This document shows positions 53,150 to 63,114 of a stretch of DNA of 64,000 bases, piece by piece; position 1 is the stretch's first letter, and the number at the start of each line of letters is the position of its first letter. Both the position numbers and the translations under genes were made by a program. Under the pieces are notes generated by a model. The model did not search any database. It saw nothing but the letters and a program-made list of their open reading frames with translations, and was not told where the DNA came from. This DNA comes from an uncultured delta proteobacterium (GTDB lineage: Bacteria > Myxococcota_A > Polyangia > Polyangiales > Polyangiaceae), in assembly GCA_963850305.1 (NCBI GenBank), contig CAWKKR010000008.1:736001-800000 (forward strand). Direction: 5' to 3'.

Positions 53150-54520
53150 CTACTGACATTCGTATGGACCGCACAGGATCAGCAAACAGGACTGCTTGCA
53201 AGAGCCGCTCGTGCAGTCCGTGCCCGTCGAGCAGCCTTTGCCTTTTGCACACTTGGCGCAGAGCGCACCGCCGCAGTCGGTGTCCGTCTCGTCGCCGTCT
53301 TTCTTGCCGTCGGTGCAATGCGTCCCGCACTGATTCGCGACGCCCCCGCCAGCGCAGGTCGCCGGCGCCGTGCAGCCCGGGCAAGTCAGCGTGCCGCCGC
53401 ACTTGTCGGAGATGGAACCGCACTCGTTGGCGATGCACTGGGTGAGCGGCGTGCAGCCGCAGATCCCCTCGTTACAAGGTCCGCTCGAGCAATCCGACGT
53501 CGCGGAGCACTTCTTCCCGGGTGCGCAAGTGGCGCCGCAGTTGCCGCCGCAATCCACGTCCGTCTCCGCGGCATTCTGCACGCCGTCCGAGCACGTCGCG
53601 GACTGACACGTGGACTTGGCATTAAAACCCGTCCCCTTCTTGCAGACGTCGCTCGCGCAATCGGTCCCAGCGCCGCAATCCTTGCCGTCCGAGCATTTGC
53701 TACAGACGCCTCCGCCGCAATCCACGTCGGTCTCCGAGCCATCCTTCGTGCCGTCCGAGCAGGTGCTCGGAGGGCCGCCGCCTGCGCCCGTCGTGCCGCC
53801 TGAACCCGTCGTGCCGCCTGAACCCGTCGTGCCGCCTGAACCCGTCGTGCCGCCTGAACCCGTCGTGCCGCCTGCGCCCGTCGTGCCGCCTGCGCTTGTC
53901 GTGCCGCCCGTCGCTGTCGCACCACCTGCGCCCGTCGCGCCGCCTGCGCTTGCCGTGCCCCCCGTGGCTGTAGTACCGCCCGCGCCCGTCGTGATCTCGA
54001 CGCACGTGGACCCCGATGGTTCGTATCCCGAATAACAACCGAACCCGCAAACGCCGCCCGCGCACTCCGGGTAACCGTTTTCGACCGTCGGACACGCGAC
54101 GCAGTGTCCGAGATCGCATCCGTTCGCTGGGCTCGGCGCCACGCACTCTCCCTGGCACTGCTTCTGCGTGGGGTCTGCGCACTCTCCGGCGACGGACCCG
54201 TCGGGCCCGGCGTCCCGAGCTCCCGCGGTGCCCGCTTCCAGACTCTGCAACGCACCGCCCGACGACGCGTCGCTGACGCCGCCCGCTTCGGTTCCTCCCC
54301 CGCCCTGCGTACCTTCGCCGCCCGCGCCCCCACTCGCGCCTACACCGGATCCACCCGTCGCTCCGGAAGCACCGCCCGAAATCACGCCGCCCTCGTCATG
54401 GCGCGCGCCGACGCCGGCATCGCCAAGAGCGCTGATCTTGCCTCCCACCGTCTCCCCGGTCGCGCACCCGACATACGGGGCGACGACGAAGAGCGCAAGA
54501 AACAAGCGTGATCTACGCAT
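53150..54520 (-). CDS. Cys-rich lipoprotein with GGTTGS linker and three CxDGxxxxxETDxDCGG repeats
   Basis: Lipobox YVGC; 18-bp coding repeats at about 53780-53990; stop codon TAG coincides with the IS110 junction. Confidence 0.8.
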   Translation of the reverse strand: MRRSRLFLALFVVAPYVGCATGETVGGKISALGDAGVGARHDEGGVISGGASGATGGSGVGASGGAGGEGTQGGGGTEAGGVSDASSGGALQSLEAGTAGARDAGPDGSVAGECADPTQKQCQGECVAPSPANGCDLGHCVACPTVENGYPECAGGVCGFGCYSGYEPSGSTCVEITTGAGGTTATGGTASAGGATGAGGATATGGTTSAGGTTGAGGTTGSGGTTGSGGTTGSGGTTGSGGTTGAGGGPPSTCSDGTKDGSETDVDCGGGVCSKCSDGKDCGAGTDCASDVCKKGTGFNAKSTCQSATCSDGVQNAAETDVDCGGNCGATCAPGKKCSATSDCSSGPCNEGICGCTPLTQCIANECGSISDKCGGTLTCPGCTAPATCAGGGVANQCGTHCTDGKKDGDETDTDCGGALCAKCAKGKGCSTGTDCTSGSCKQSCLLILCGPYECQ

Positions 54521-54665
54521 GAACCTTTACGATATCACAGGGGGGCGCGGGTGCGCCGCTCGGTTCGAGGACGCGACGTCGCGTCACTCCTCCATGGTCC
54601 ATGGTCCATGGTCACCGACCAGCTCCGAGATCAGGCAGCCGCCCGCGATCCTCGGGTTCGTTCGT

Positions 54666-55433
54666 TCAGGGTCGGACCTCGACGCGAGCGCGCGTCGCGA
54701 CGAGGGCACCGTCTTTGACGAGCGCGAAATCGAGACTGCGCTCGCGCCCGGGCGTTCGCCACGTACGCGCGGCCACTGCGTCTCCCGTTCGCAACTCGTG
54801 AGAGTACTCCACGGTGAACCGGCGCACGGTGCCGTCCCACGTGCCCTTACCGTAGACGCCCGCGCGCGCCGAGAGCAGCCGAGCATCTTCGACGAAGTCG
54901 GCGTAGCGCGCGTGGTTCACGTGCTGCTGCAAGTCGTGATCGCTCGGCCGCACGTGGACGGGCGACTCCGACGCGAAGGCGGGTACGTCGCCGTCGAGAC
55001 GCTCGACGGCCAGAGCTTCTCGTTCGAGGAGGTACGCAGCAGCGCCGTCCTTGATCGCAGCGGGACGTCGCGCGTCGTCGAGGGCCACGATCGTCGCCGC
55101 ACTCTTTGCGACTACATCGCCGTCGCGGGTGCGCACGATGTCGTGCGAGAAGCTCATGCTCGTTCGCCCGAGGCGGCTCATCCACATGGAGAGCTCGAGC
55201 TCTTCGTCGAAGCCGACGTATTCGTAAACTTCGAGCGTCTGGGACCGCACGACCCCCATGGCCCAGAACTGACGAAGCGGCAGCTTTTGCGAGGTCGAAA
55301 TGGTCCGCCACCGGATGTGTTCCAGATACTTCAGGTACTGCGACGGCGGTATGGAGCCCGACGCCGACAGCTCGTAGCCGCGTGTCACCAGGCGAAGGCG
55401 CTCGATCTTGTCGTCATCCATTGGATCCGGCAA
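54666..55433 (-). CDS. Double hot-dog acyl-ACP/acyl-CoA thioesterase
   Basis: VRPSDHDLQQHVNHARYADFVEDAR in the second domain; RLGRTSMSFSH in the first. Confidence 0.75.
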   Translation of the reverse strand: MPDPMDDDKIERLRLVTRGYELSASGSIPPSQYLKYLEHIRWRTISTSQKLPLRQFWAMGVVRSQTLEVYEYVGFDEELELSMWMSRLGRTSMSFSHDIVRTRDGDVVAKSAATIVALDDARRPAAIKDGAAAYLLEREALAVERLDGDVPAFASESPVHVRPSDHDLQQHVNHARYADFVEDARLLSARAGVYGKGTWDGTVRRFTVEYSHELRTGDAVAARTWRTPGRERSLDFALVKDGALVATRARVEVRP

Positions 55434-55535
55434 GCGCCTGTCCTACCACGTGGCGTTACCCCGTTCCCAGGGGTCCCATCGATAAGCCCCGAGCATGGCC
55501 CGTCGAGGGTCGCGTGCTACGTTACTCAGTTCAGA

Positions 55536-56183
55536 ATGGCGCTCCCTTCGCAGAAAGGCACTTCGTTTCTCCCGGTGGTGGAGGCGCTCAAGCAACGGCC
55601 GGACTGCCGCAAGCTCGTTCCGGAACCCCTCTGGAAGTACTTCGACCAGCACATGCTGGTCTCGGGCTGGTATCCCGAGCGCGACTACTGGGTCTTCATC
55701 GAGGCACTGGTGAAGGTGCTCGAGCGAGAGACGCGGAGCGACGTCTGGCGTTACTTCGCCAAGTTCAGCGCCGAGCGGGACATCGGCGGCAAGGCAACCA
55801 CGGGCGCCGGGAGCAAGGCGACCGTCGGGGTCTACAAGACGTACGCGACCGGGGACGCGAGCGATCCCGAGAAGTTCTTCCGTCGGGCGCAGAAACTCTG
55901 GAGCCAGTATCACGACACGGGAACGATGGAGCTCGCAGGCGGCCGCATCGCCACGAACAGCGTATTTCTACGCCTCGTCGCCTTCCAGATCCCGATCGAT
56001 GGATTCGTGCGCCTGCAGGGTTACTACCTCGAAGAGTTCGGAAAGCTCATCGGGCTCGACGTGGACAGCAAGGTGCTTCGCAGCACGGCGCAGGGCCATC
56101 CATTTTGCGAATGGGAATGCATCCTCGGCCGCAGCGAACAGACAGAAGCGTTCGTGGCGTCCCTGCCCCAGCTCACGCGCTGA
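55536..56183 (+). CDS. Myxobacterial hypothetical protein (DUF2378/V4R-like)
   Basis: KGTSF, LVSGWYP, LWSQYHDTG, GHPFCEW. Confidence 0.6.
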   Translation: MALPSQKGTSFLPVVEALKQRPDCRKLVPEPLWKYFDQHMLVSGWYPERDYWVFIEALVKVLERETRSDVWRYFAKFSAERDIGGKATTGAGSKATVGVYKTYATGDASDPEKFFRRAQKLWSQYHDTGTMELAGGRIATNSVFLRLVAFQIPIDGFVRLQGYYLEEFGKLIGLDVDSKVLRSTAQGHPFCEWECILGRSEQTEAFVASLPQLTR

Positions 56184-56204
56184 CCCGCATCCGGCACGTG
56201 CCCC

Positions 56205-58151
56205 TCACACGCTCGACGAGAGCCGGTCGAGAAGAGCGATGCGACCTCGGAGGCGCGCGCCGTCCTCCGTGTCGCCGACGCGACGGGGCGACTCCCAGCG
56301 ACGGATCACGCTGACCGCCGGAATGATATCGACCCCGTCGCGGACCGCCGCTTCCACGGAATCGAAGTGGTGATGCATCGCGAGCGACGTCCCGTCGGCG
56401 TCGATGACCAGCGTGTAACCATGGTCGCCGTACGCTTCCGAGAACGCGCCGTCGATCGTCACGGCCTTGCCGCTCCTCTTGACCGGACTCTCGCCCTTCT
56501 CGATCTTCACCGGGACGTGCCCGTTGACGATGAGCCCATGCTCGGGGTCCACGCCGAACTCCGCCAGGATCCGGTCGCAAAAGGGCGCGTCGTGAATCAG
56601 GGTGAAGTACGCGTTCTTGTGCTCCTCGTATGTCTGCGTGTCGGCAACGAAATCGCGCTCGAACGTCGTGATCCGGTCCTTGCCGAAGAGCGGCGAGCGG
56701 GGTCCGCACCAGAGATACCAGAGCAGATCGAGCCTCGCTTCGGTCGGGTGCTCCAGGCTCTGCGCGACCTCGCCCTTCAGTGCGTCGAACAGCGCGCGTC
56801 CCGAGAGCGCGACGCCGCCCACGGGCATCGACAGAAATTCTCCACCGTCGTCGACCGGCACGCACCCGTGAAACACGAGGTGCCGATCGCGGACGAGGTG
56901 AAGCCCTCCGTTTCGAACCATGAACCGGATGTGTTCCCAGAGCTTGCTGCTTCCGAGGAACGAGCGGCGGATGCGCTCCATGCACGCCTCCTCCGCGGCC
57001 GAGAGGCGATACGGCTCGGAAGGGTCCAGCGTCGGAAGGTGCGAGTCCTTCAGCGAGCGGACCGTCCCGTCAATCTCCACGGTGCCCGCGCGCAGATCCA
57101 TTCGACCGAGCAGCCGCCGATGCTCGAGCTCGTACTCCGGGTGGCGCTGGATGAGCTGTCCCTCGAGCTTGTGCTGAAGGATCGCGGCGGCCTTGTGCAT
57201 GCGCGCCATCTGCAAGTCGTCTCGGAGCCCCTTGCCCCGCGTGTGAAAGTGCTCCGCCGGGTCGTTCGCATAGACGTCGCGCGCCAGCTTCTCGAGCGGC
57301 TGGAGCGTGATGCCGTAACCCTCCTCGAGCTGAGAGAGGCGCCGGTAGCGCAGCGAGATCCGGAGCACGTGCGCGATCAGCGCCGGACACCCGAGCGCGG
57401 CGCCGATCCAGGCGACGTCGTGGTTCCCCCACGTGAACGCGACCTTCGGCTGCTGGAGCAAATACTCCACCACGCGATCGCCGCGCGGTCCCCGGTCCCA
57501 GCAATCTCCTGCAATGACGATCTCCGTCACGGCAAGGTTGCGTAGCGCGCGCGCAACCACGCGGATGACTCGCCCATCGTGACCGGATCTCGACAGCGAC
57601 CCGACGATTGCGTCCACGTACTCGCCCCCCCGCTCGGCCGTCGCATCGGAGAGAAGCTCGCGCAGGAGTCCCCGGTACTCGTCCGGCAAGACGCGCTCGA
57701 CGTGTTCGAAGGATGAGTGCCGCGCGAGTGCGCGCGTGACCTCCAGCAGATCGAGGAGCACCTTACGAAACCAGGCCGCCCGCTGCGCCGGGTCCGGGCG
57801 CGCGACCAGACCGCGCTCGAGCGACTCATGCGGATAGAAGATCAGCGTGAGTAACTCGCGCAGCTCCGCCGGCGTCCGGCGCGCCGCGAACAGCCGCTCG
57901 ACGACGGGGCGGAGCGTGCCCGAGGCGTTGTTGATGACGTGGCGCAGCTTGCCGTCCTCGCCGTGAATGTCGCTGAGCACGTGGACCGCGCCCTTCCGCC
58001 GCGCGAGCTCGCCCCGGAGCCGCGCGGCCTCGGCGGCGGCGTATTCCGTGCCCGGGTAGTGTTCTCGCAGGAGCTCGAGGGCGACGGTTTCGGCGTCGGA
58101 GCCGGACGTGTGAGAGGTCGAGCGTGCCTCGGGCGGGGAAGACTCGCTCAT
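56205..58151 (-). CDS. fbp: Fructose-1,6-bisphosphatase class III
   Basis: LSDIHGE, NNASG, GDCWDRGP, WGNHD, LEEGYGI, FHGCVP, SPLFGKDRITTFER, IVNGHVPVK, IDGAFSEAY. Confidence 0.88.
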   Translation of the reverse strand: MSESSPPEARSTSHTSGSDAETVALELLREHYPGTEYAAAEAARLRGELARRKGAVHVLSDIHGEDGKLRHVINNASGTLRPVVERLFAARRTPAELRELLTLIFYPHESLERGLVARPDPAQRAAWFRKVLLDLLEVTRALARHSSFEHVERVLPDEYRGLLRELLSDATAERGGEYVDAIVGSLSRSGHDGRVIRVVARALRNLAVTEIVIAGDCWDRGPRGDRVVEYLLQQPKVAFTWGNHDVAWIGAALGCPALIAHVLRISLRYRRLSQLEEGYGITLQPLEKLARDVYANDPAEHFHTRGKGLRDDLQMARMHKAAAILQHKLEGQLIQRHPEYELEHRRLLGRMDLRAGTVEIDGTVRSLKDSHLPTLDPSEPYRLSAAEEACMERIRRSFLGSSKLWEHIRFMVRNGGLHLVRDRHLVFHGCVPVDDGGEFLSMPVGGVALSGRALFDALKGEVAQSLEHPTEARLDLLWYLWCGPRSPLFGKDRITTFERDFVADTQTYEEHKNAYFTLIHDAPFCDRILAEFGVDPEHGLIVNGHVPVKIEKGESPVKRSGKAVTIDGAFSEAYGDHGYTLVIDADGTSLAMHHHFDSVEAAVRDGVDIIPAVSVIRRWESPRRVGDTEDGARLRGRIALLDRLSSSV

Positions 58152-58293
58152 GGTGGACACATCATCTCCGGCGCTGAGACCAGTCGCAAGGAGGTGAGCC
58201 GGGGGTGCCCCCTCCTCGCACGGACGGGGAGCGGGAGTGTATCCAGTCTGGAGAGTCATAATTCCGGGCTTCCGGCCCCACCAACTCTTCACG

Positions 58294-59238
58294 ATGAAGC
58301 TCATTTTCGGTCTTGGTGACGTGCGCCGCGCGCTCGGCGTCGGCCTGCGCTTGGCTCTGACGATTCCAGTGCTCGCCGGCGCGTCGTGCTCCTCGTCGAG
58401 CACGGGTTCGGGGATAGCCGGCGGAACCGGCCCCTGCTCCGCGGCGAGCTGCCCGCTCGGGTGCACCGCGACGCTCGGCTGCCTCGAGTGCGTCTCGAAT
58501 ACGCAGTGCGTCGGGAAGCGCGGCGCGGTCTGCTTTCAAGGTCAGTGTGATGGCTGCGGCACGAACGCCGATTGCTCGACGGGCCAAGCCTGCTTCCCGA
58601 GCGATCGCCAGTGCCACCCGCAGTGCCAGGCGGATTCGAACTGTACGCCGGGCGCGCCCTTCTGCGACCCGACCACCAATGCCTGCGTGGGGTGTCGCAC
58701 TGCGGCCGATTGCGGCGGCGCGCAGCCCGTCTGTGAGCCGACCTTCGGGCGCTGCTCGCAATGCGCCGTGAACACGGACTGCGGCGCCGCTGCTCCGGTC
58801 TGCGCCGTGCAGCTCGCCGCGTGCGTCCAGTGCCTCGCGGACGTGAGCTGCCCCGCGGGCTCCACGTGCGGCGGCGATCATCGCTGTCACGCGGGCTGCC
58901 ACTCGAACCTGGACTGCCACGACGGCGACACGCCCGTCTGCAACGTGGTGACGGGCGAGTGCATCGGTTGTGCGAGCGCCGCGGATTGTCATGCGCCGAA
59001 TGCCCTCTGTGACCAGGACGGCCAGTGCGTCGAGTGCATCACCGACGCCAACTGCGCAACCACTCCGAGCACGCCCGTCTGCGGCGGGGGCCAGTGCGTC
59101 GAGTGCACGTCCGACGCCAACTGCACCATCGATCCCTTGCGCACGATGTGCCGCGGGCAAGTGTGCATTCAATGCAAGAACGACCACGACTGCAGCGGCG
59201 CGACGCCGCGGTGCCAGGCCGGCGTCTGCGGCGCGTGA
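58294..59238 (+). CDS. Cys-rich repeat lipoprotein/secreted protein
   Basis: Lipobox-like GASC; about ten CVxCxxDxDC...PVC repeats. Confidence 0.75.
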   Translation: MKLIFGLGDVRRALGVGLRLALTIPVLAGASCSSSSTGSGIAGGTGPCSAASCPLGCTATLGCLECVSNTQCVGKRGAVCFQGQCDGCGTNADCSTGQACFPSDRQCHPQCQADSNCTPGAPFCDPTTNACVGCRTAADCGGAQPVCEPTFGRCSQCAVNTDCGAAAPVCAVQLAACVQCLADVSCPAGSTCGGDHRCHAGCHSNLDCHDGDTPVCNVVTGECIGCASAADCHAPNALCDQDGQCVECITDANCATTPSTPVCGGGQCVECTSDANCTIDPLRTMCRGQVCIQCKNDHDCSGATPRCQAGVCGA

Positions 59239-59341
59239 TCGGTGCGAAACACGTTCTGCCCACGCCTCGTTCGGCCTGGAAGCCACCCGGACTCGCCCTC
59301 GCCCTTCCGCCCGCCAACGTCGCGGCCGCATACTCCCCCGC

Positions 59342-59920
59342 ATGAGCGACCTCCCCTGCGCCTGGGCTCCCGCCGATGACATCCTTTATCGTGGCTATCA
59401 CGACGAGGAGTGGGGCGTTCCCGAGCGAAACTCGCGGGCCCTCTGGGAGAAGTTCCAGCTCGACGGCTTCCAGGCCGGCCTTTCGTGGATCATCGTGCTC
59501 CGCAAGCGCGCGGCCATGCGCAAGGAATTCGACGCCTTCGACCCCGAGACGATCGCGCGCTGGAACGAGCGACGCATCGCTAAGGCTCTGGGCAACGCAG
59601 CCATCATCCGCAGCCCGACGAAGATCCGCGCGATGATCGGCAATGCGCGCGTGTACCTCGACATGAAGTCATCCGGAGTCGACTTCGCCGAGTACCTCTG
59701 GGACTTCGTGGACGGCATCCCCGTCGTCTCGAGGCTCGACAGCTGGAGAAAGGTGAAACCCAAAACTCTGCTCTCCGAAACCATCTCCAAGGACATGAAG
59801 AAGCGCGGCTTCAAATTCTGCGGCCCGACCATCGTCTACGCGACGATGCAGGCCGTGGGGCTCGTGAACGATCACGAGGTCCGCTGTCCACGCTTCAAGG
59901 CGGTGCAAAAGCTCGTTTGA
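59342..59920 (+). CDS. tag: DNA-3-methyladenine glycosylase I
   Basis: CAW, YHDEEWGVP, FQAGLSW, KKRGFKFCGPT, MQAVGLVNDH...C. Confidence 0.93.
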   Translation: MSDLPCAWAPADDILYRGYHDEEWGVPERNSRALWEKFQLDGFQAGLSWIIVLRKRAAMRKEFDAFDPETIARWNERRIAKALGNAAIIRSPTKIRAMIGNARVYLDMKSSGVDFAEYLWDFVDGIPVVSRLDSWRKVKPKTLLSETISKDMKKRGFKFCGPTIVYATMQAVGLVNDHEVRCPRFKAVQKLV

Positions 59921-59962
59921 GCCGCGCCGAAAGCTCACTGCAGGCCGTGCTACAGACACCCC

Positions 59963-61312
59963 ATGCAGTCAGATGCGTTCGTCTTCTTCGGTGCCACGGG
60001 CGATCTCGCCTACAAGAAGATCTTCCCAGCCCTCGAGTCGATGGTCCGGCGCGGTCGTCTCGACATACCGATCATCGGCGTCGCCAAGCAGGGCTGGAAC
60101 CTGGACCAGCTTCGAGAGCGCGCCCGCGCCAGCGTGAACGAACACGGCGGCATCGACGAAGCCGTATTTGCGAAGTTGAGCGGGCTCTTGCGCTACGTCG
60201 ATGGAGACTACAACGACCGCGCCACGTTCGACCAGCTCCGGCGCGCGATGGGTGACGCGCACGCGCCCATTCATTACCTGGCCATTCCGCCCGCGATGTT
60301 TCCGGTGGTCGTGGAGCACCTCGCTGGCTCGGGCTGCGCAAAAGGGGCCCGGGTGATCGTCGAGAAGCCGTTCGGACGAGACCTGGCGTCCGCCAAGGCC
60401 CTCAACAAGACGCTCCACGCCGTGTTCGAGGAACCGAGCATCTTTCGCATCGACCACTATCTCGGCAAGGAGGCCGTGCTGAATCTGGAGTTCTTTCGGT
60501 TCGCGAACGCGTTCCTCGAGCCCATCTGGAACCGCCACTACGTCAAGAGCGTCCAGATCACGATGGCAGAACAGTTCGGCATCAAAGGGCGCGGGGCGTT
60601 CTACGAGCAGGCCGGCGCCATCCGGGACGTGATCCAGAACCACATGATGCAAGTCGTCGGCATGCTGGCCATGGAGCCACCGGCTGTCGCCTACCGGGAA
60701 TCCATTCGCGACGAGCAGACCAAGGTGCTCCGTCAGATCAAGCCACTCGAGCCGAGCGACGTCGTGCGGGGACAGTTCACGGGGTACCGGCACGAGCCCG
60801 GCGTCGCCGCCGCGTCTCAGGTCGAGACGTTCGCGGCCCTCAAGCTCGAGGTCGATTCATGGCGCTGGGACGGGGTCCCGTTCTTCATCCGCGCCGGCAA
60901 GTGTCTGCCGACCACGGCCACCGAGGTCGTCGTGCAGCTGAAGCGCCCGCCGCTGGCCGCCATCTCCGCAGGCCTGACGAACTACGTGCGCTTTCGTCTG
61001 ACCCCCGACGTGGCCATCGCCCTCGGGGTTCACGTCAAAAAGCCGGGAGAAGAGATGCTCGGTGAACAGACGGAGCTCGCGTTCGCACACTACCCCGCTG
61101 CCGGCGAGATGGACGCTTACGAACGCCTCCTGGGTGACGCCATGAACGGCGACGCCACCCTGTTCGCGCGCGAAGACACCGTCGAAGCCGCCTGGGCCAT
61201 CATGGACCCGATTCTCGGCAACGTCGTCCCCGTTCACGAATACGAGCCGGGAACCTGGGGCCCCGTCGAAGCCGAGCGTCTCACCGACGACCTGGTCCGT
61301 CCCGTCCATTGA
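59963..61312 (+). CDS. zwf: Glucose-6-phosphate 1-dehydrogenase
   Basis: [47 protein letters not shown]. Confidence 0.96.
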   Translation: MQSDAFVFFGATGDLAYKKIFPALESMVRRGRLDIPIIGVAKQGWNLDQLRERARASVNEHGGIDEAVFAKLSGLLRYVDGDYNDRATFDQLRRAMGDAHAPIHYLAIPPAMFPVVVEHLAGSGCAKGARVIVEKPFGRDLASAKALNKTLHAVFEEPSIFRIDHYLGKEAVLNLEFFRFANAFLEPIWNRHYVKSVQITMAEQFGIKGRGAFYEQAGAIRDVIQNHMMQVVGMLAMEPPAVAYRESIRDEQTKVLRQIKPLEPSDVVRGQFTGYRHEPGVAAASQVETFAALKLEVDSWRWDGVPFFIRAGKCLPTTATEVVVQLKRPPLAAISAGLTNYVRFRLTPDVAIALGVHVKKPGEEMLGEQTELAFAHYPAAGEMDAYERLLGDAMNGDATLFAREDTVEAAWAIMDPILGNVVPVHEYEPGTWGPVEAERLTDDLVRPVH

Positions 61313-61326
61313 GACGGCCGTCACCT

Positions 61327-61400
61327 GCTCTCGTTCGACGGACGCATCGCGCAACGGGAACCGTGTCGACGCCTGGCCGCAGCTGCAACAGGGCCATCCC
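61327..61400 (-). repeat. Diverged copy of the 5' region (upstream sequence plus first codons) of the gene starting at 62971
   Basis: GCTCT.G.TCGACGGACGCATCGCG.AAC...GT.TCGAC...CTGCAAC.GGGC shared with 62951-63022. Confidence 0.75.
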
Positions 61401-61505
61401 GACGGCCGGCAGCAGGGGCCGCGCGACTGAGCAACGTCCGGCTCACGCCGAGCAACGTCCGGCTCTGAGCGACCAAGAGACGTGCGTTGATGGGTCGGTG
61501 GCGCC

Positions 61506-61945
61506 CTAGGCAAGGGGCCTTGCCTGCCTTGACCCCCGCGGCTCGCTCCGCGACCGCTCCCCCGCCGCCTTCGGCGGGCTCGTGCTCGCAAGGGGGTCTT
61601 GACCCCCGCGGCTCGCTCCGCGACCGCTCCCCCGCCGCCTTCGGCGGGCTCGTGCTCGCAAGGGGGTCTTGACCCCCGCGGCTCGCTCCGCGACCGCTCC
61701 CCCGCCGCCTTCGGCGGGCTCGTGCTCGCAAGGGGGTCTTGACCCCCGCGGCTCGCTCCGCGACCGCTCCCCCGCCGCCTTCGGCGGGCTCGTGCTCGCA
61801 AGGGGGTCTTGACCCCCGCGGCTCGCTCCGCGACCGCTCCCCCGCCGCCTTCGGCGGGCTCGTGCTCGCAAGGGGGTCTTGACCCCCGCGGCTCGCTCCG
61901 CGACCGCTCCCCCGCCGCCTTCGGCGGGCTCGCTGCGCTCGCTAG
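61506..61945. repeat. 70-bp structured tandem array 2 (5 full units plus 1 partial)
   Basis: Units start at 61533, 61603, 61673, 61743, 61813 and 61883; identical units; CTAG at both ends. Confidence 0.95.
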
Positions 61946-62971
61946 AAACCGATGTCGCCGAAGAAGGAGCCGCCGAAGGCGACGGTCGGCGTTTCGTTGC
62001 CGATGACGTAGAGAAGCGACGTCGAAAACTCGAGGCCGGTCGTCCAGGCGTCGGAGCGGGCATCGTACTTCGGCGATGGGGGCGGCGGCGGTAGGAGCAA
62101 GAAGCGCAGGCCAGCTCGCGGGCCATGAACGGTGGCTTCGACCGCCTCGTTCGTGCTTGGATCGGTCCCGAAGGTCCAGGCCTCGAGCTCATAGCCAAGC
62201 TCGAGCCCCGTCGCGAAACGCCGGATGACGAGCAACGGCGAGTCCACCCGCGCACCGATTTCCAGGACGCCCCCGGATTCGGCTCCCGTGGTCGGGTTAC
62301 GCGGACCGGCGGCGACCCCGGCGCCAAACTCGAGCCCGAGTCGCACGGGCCCGGCAAAGCCTCCGAATCGAAATCGGAGCGACGACGGTCGCACCGACAT
62401 TCTCGAGGCGATGTTTCGGCACCTCGACCCGGACCTCGGCACCAAACCACCAACCGGGTCGCTGGCGCCATTCGACCGTGTCGCCGCCCGCAACGAGCAG
62501 GGGAAGCCGCAGGCAAGAGCTCGTCGCGGGACTCGTGCCCGCGAATCTCGCGACCGGGACGTCGAGCACCGTCGGGCGCACGAGCAGCAGACCCTCGCGA
62601 TCGATGTTCGCGTTGGTGAACGACGCCGTCAGGACACCGTGCGTGCCGGGATCGAGCCGGGTGAGACGATCCGTCAACCCCGTGGCCCACCCGTTCGCTC
62701 CTTCGCCGCTCGAGCATTCCGGTTGCTCGGGACTCGTCAGACGCGGGCGCCCGAACGCGACGTCGAGGTCGCGCGCGTGGACGTCGGCACTGGTGACGGT
62801 GAACATCAGCGCGCGCGAGATAGCCTTCGCCTGGAGCTCGGCGCCGGCTGTCTTCGCCTTCAACGGACTGACCGGCTCGTACCAGCGAGCGCTCGGGATG
62901 CAGCCAGCAAACAGGAGCGATACGAGCGCCGCGAGGAACCGAGATGCATTGCTCTTGCTCGACGGACGCAT
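61942..62971 (-). CDS. Lipoprotein with C-terminal beta-strand-rich domain (apparent +1 frameshift near 62373)
   Basis: Lipobox FAGC in ORF 62297-62971; removing one T gives APIRFGGFAGPVRLG, continuing to GGSFFGDIGF in the 61942 frame. Confidence 0.6.
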
Positions 62972-63114
62972 CGCGAAACCGCGACGGTATCGACACCCCG
63001 CAGCGACTGCAACGGGGCACCGCCACCGCTAAGCCCGCCCGTGCAGCGCGCCGCGCATGGGACCACCACTCGTTTTTCGTGATCCGTCCGGAGCTTCGAA
63101 GGCATTAACCAGGA

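Larger units (their letters stand above)
51656..53154 (-). mobile_element. IS110-family element bounded by CTACT direct repeats
   Basis: CTACT at 51656-51660 and 53150-53154; no terminal inverted repeats; ~250-bp non-coding region upstream of the recombinase gene. Confidence 0.85.

Noticed and set aside
62995..63030. sigma54 promoter upstream of the 62971 gene
   Set aside because: TTGCA is present but the GG-to-GC spacing is 9 or 12 nt, not the required 10.
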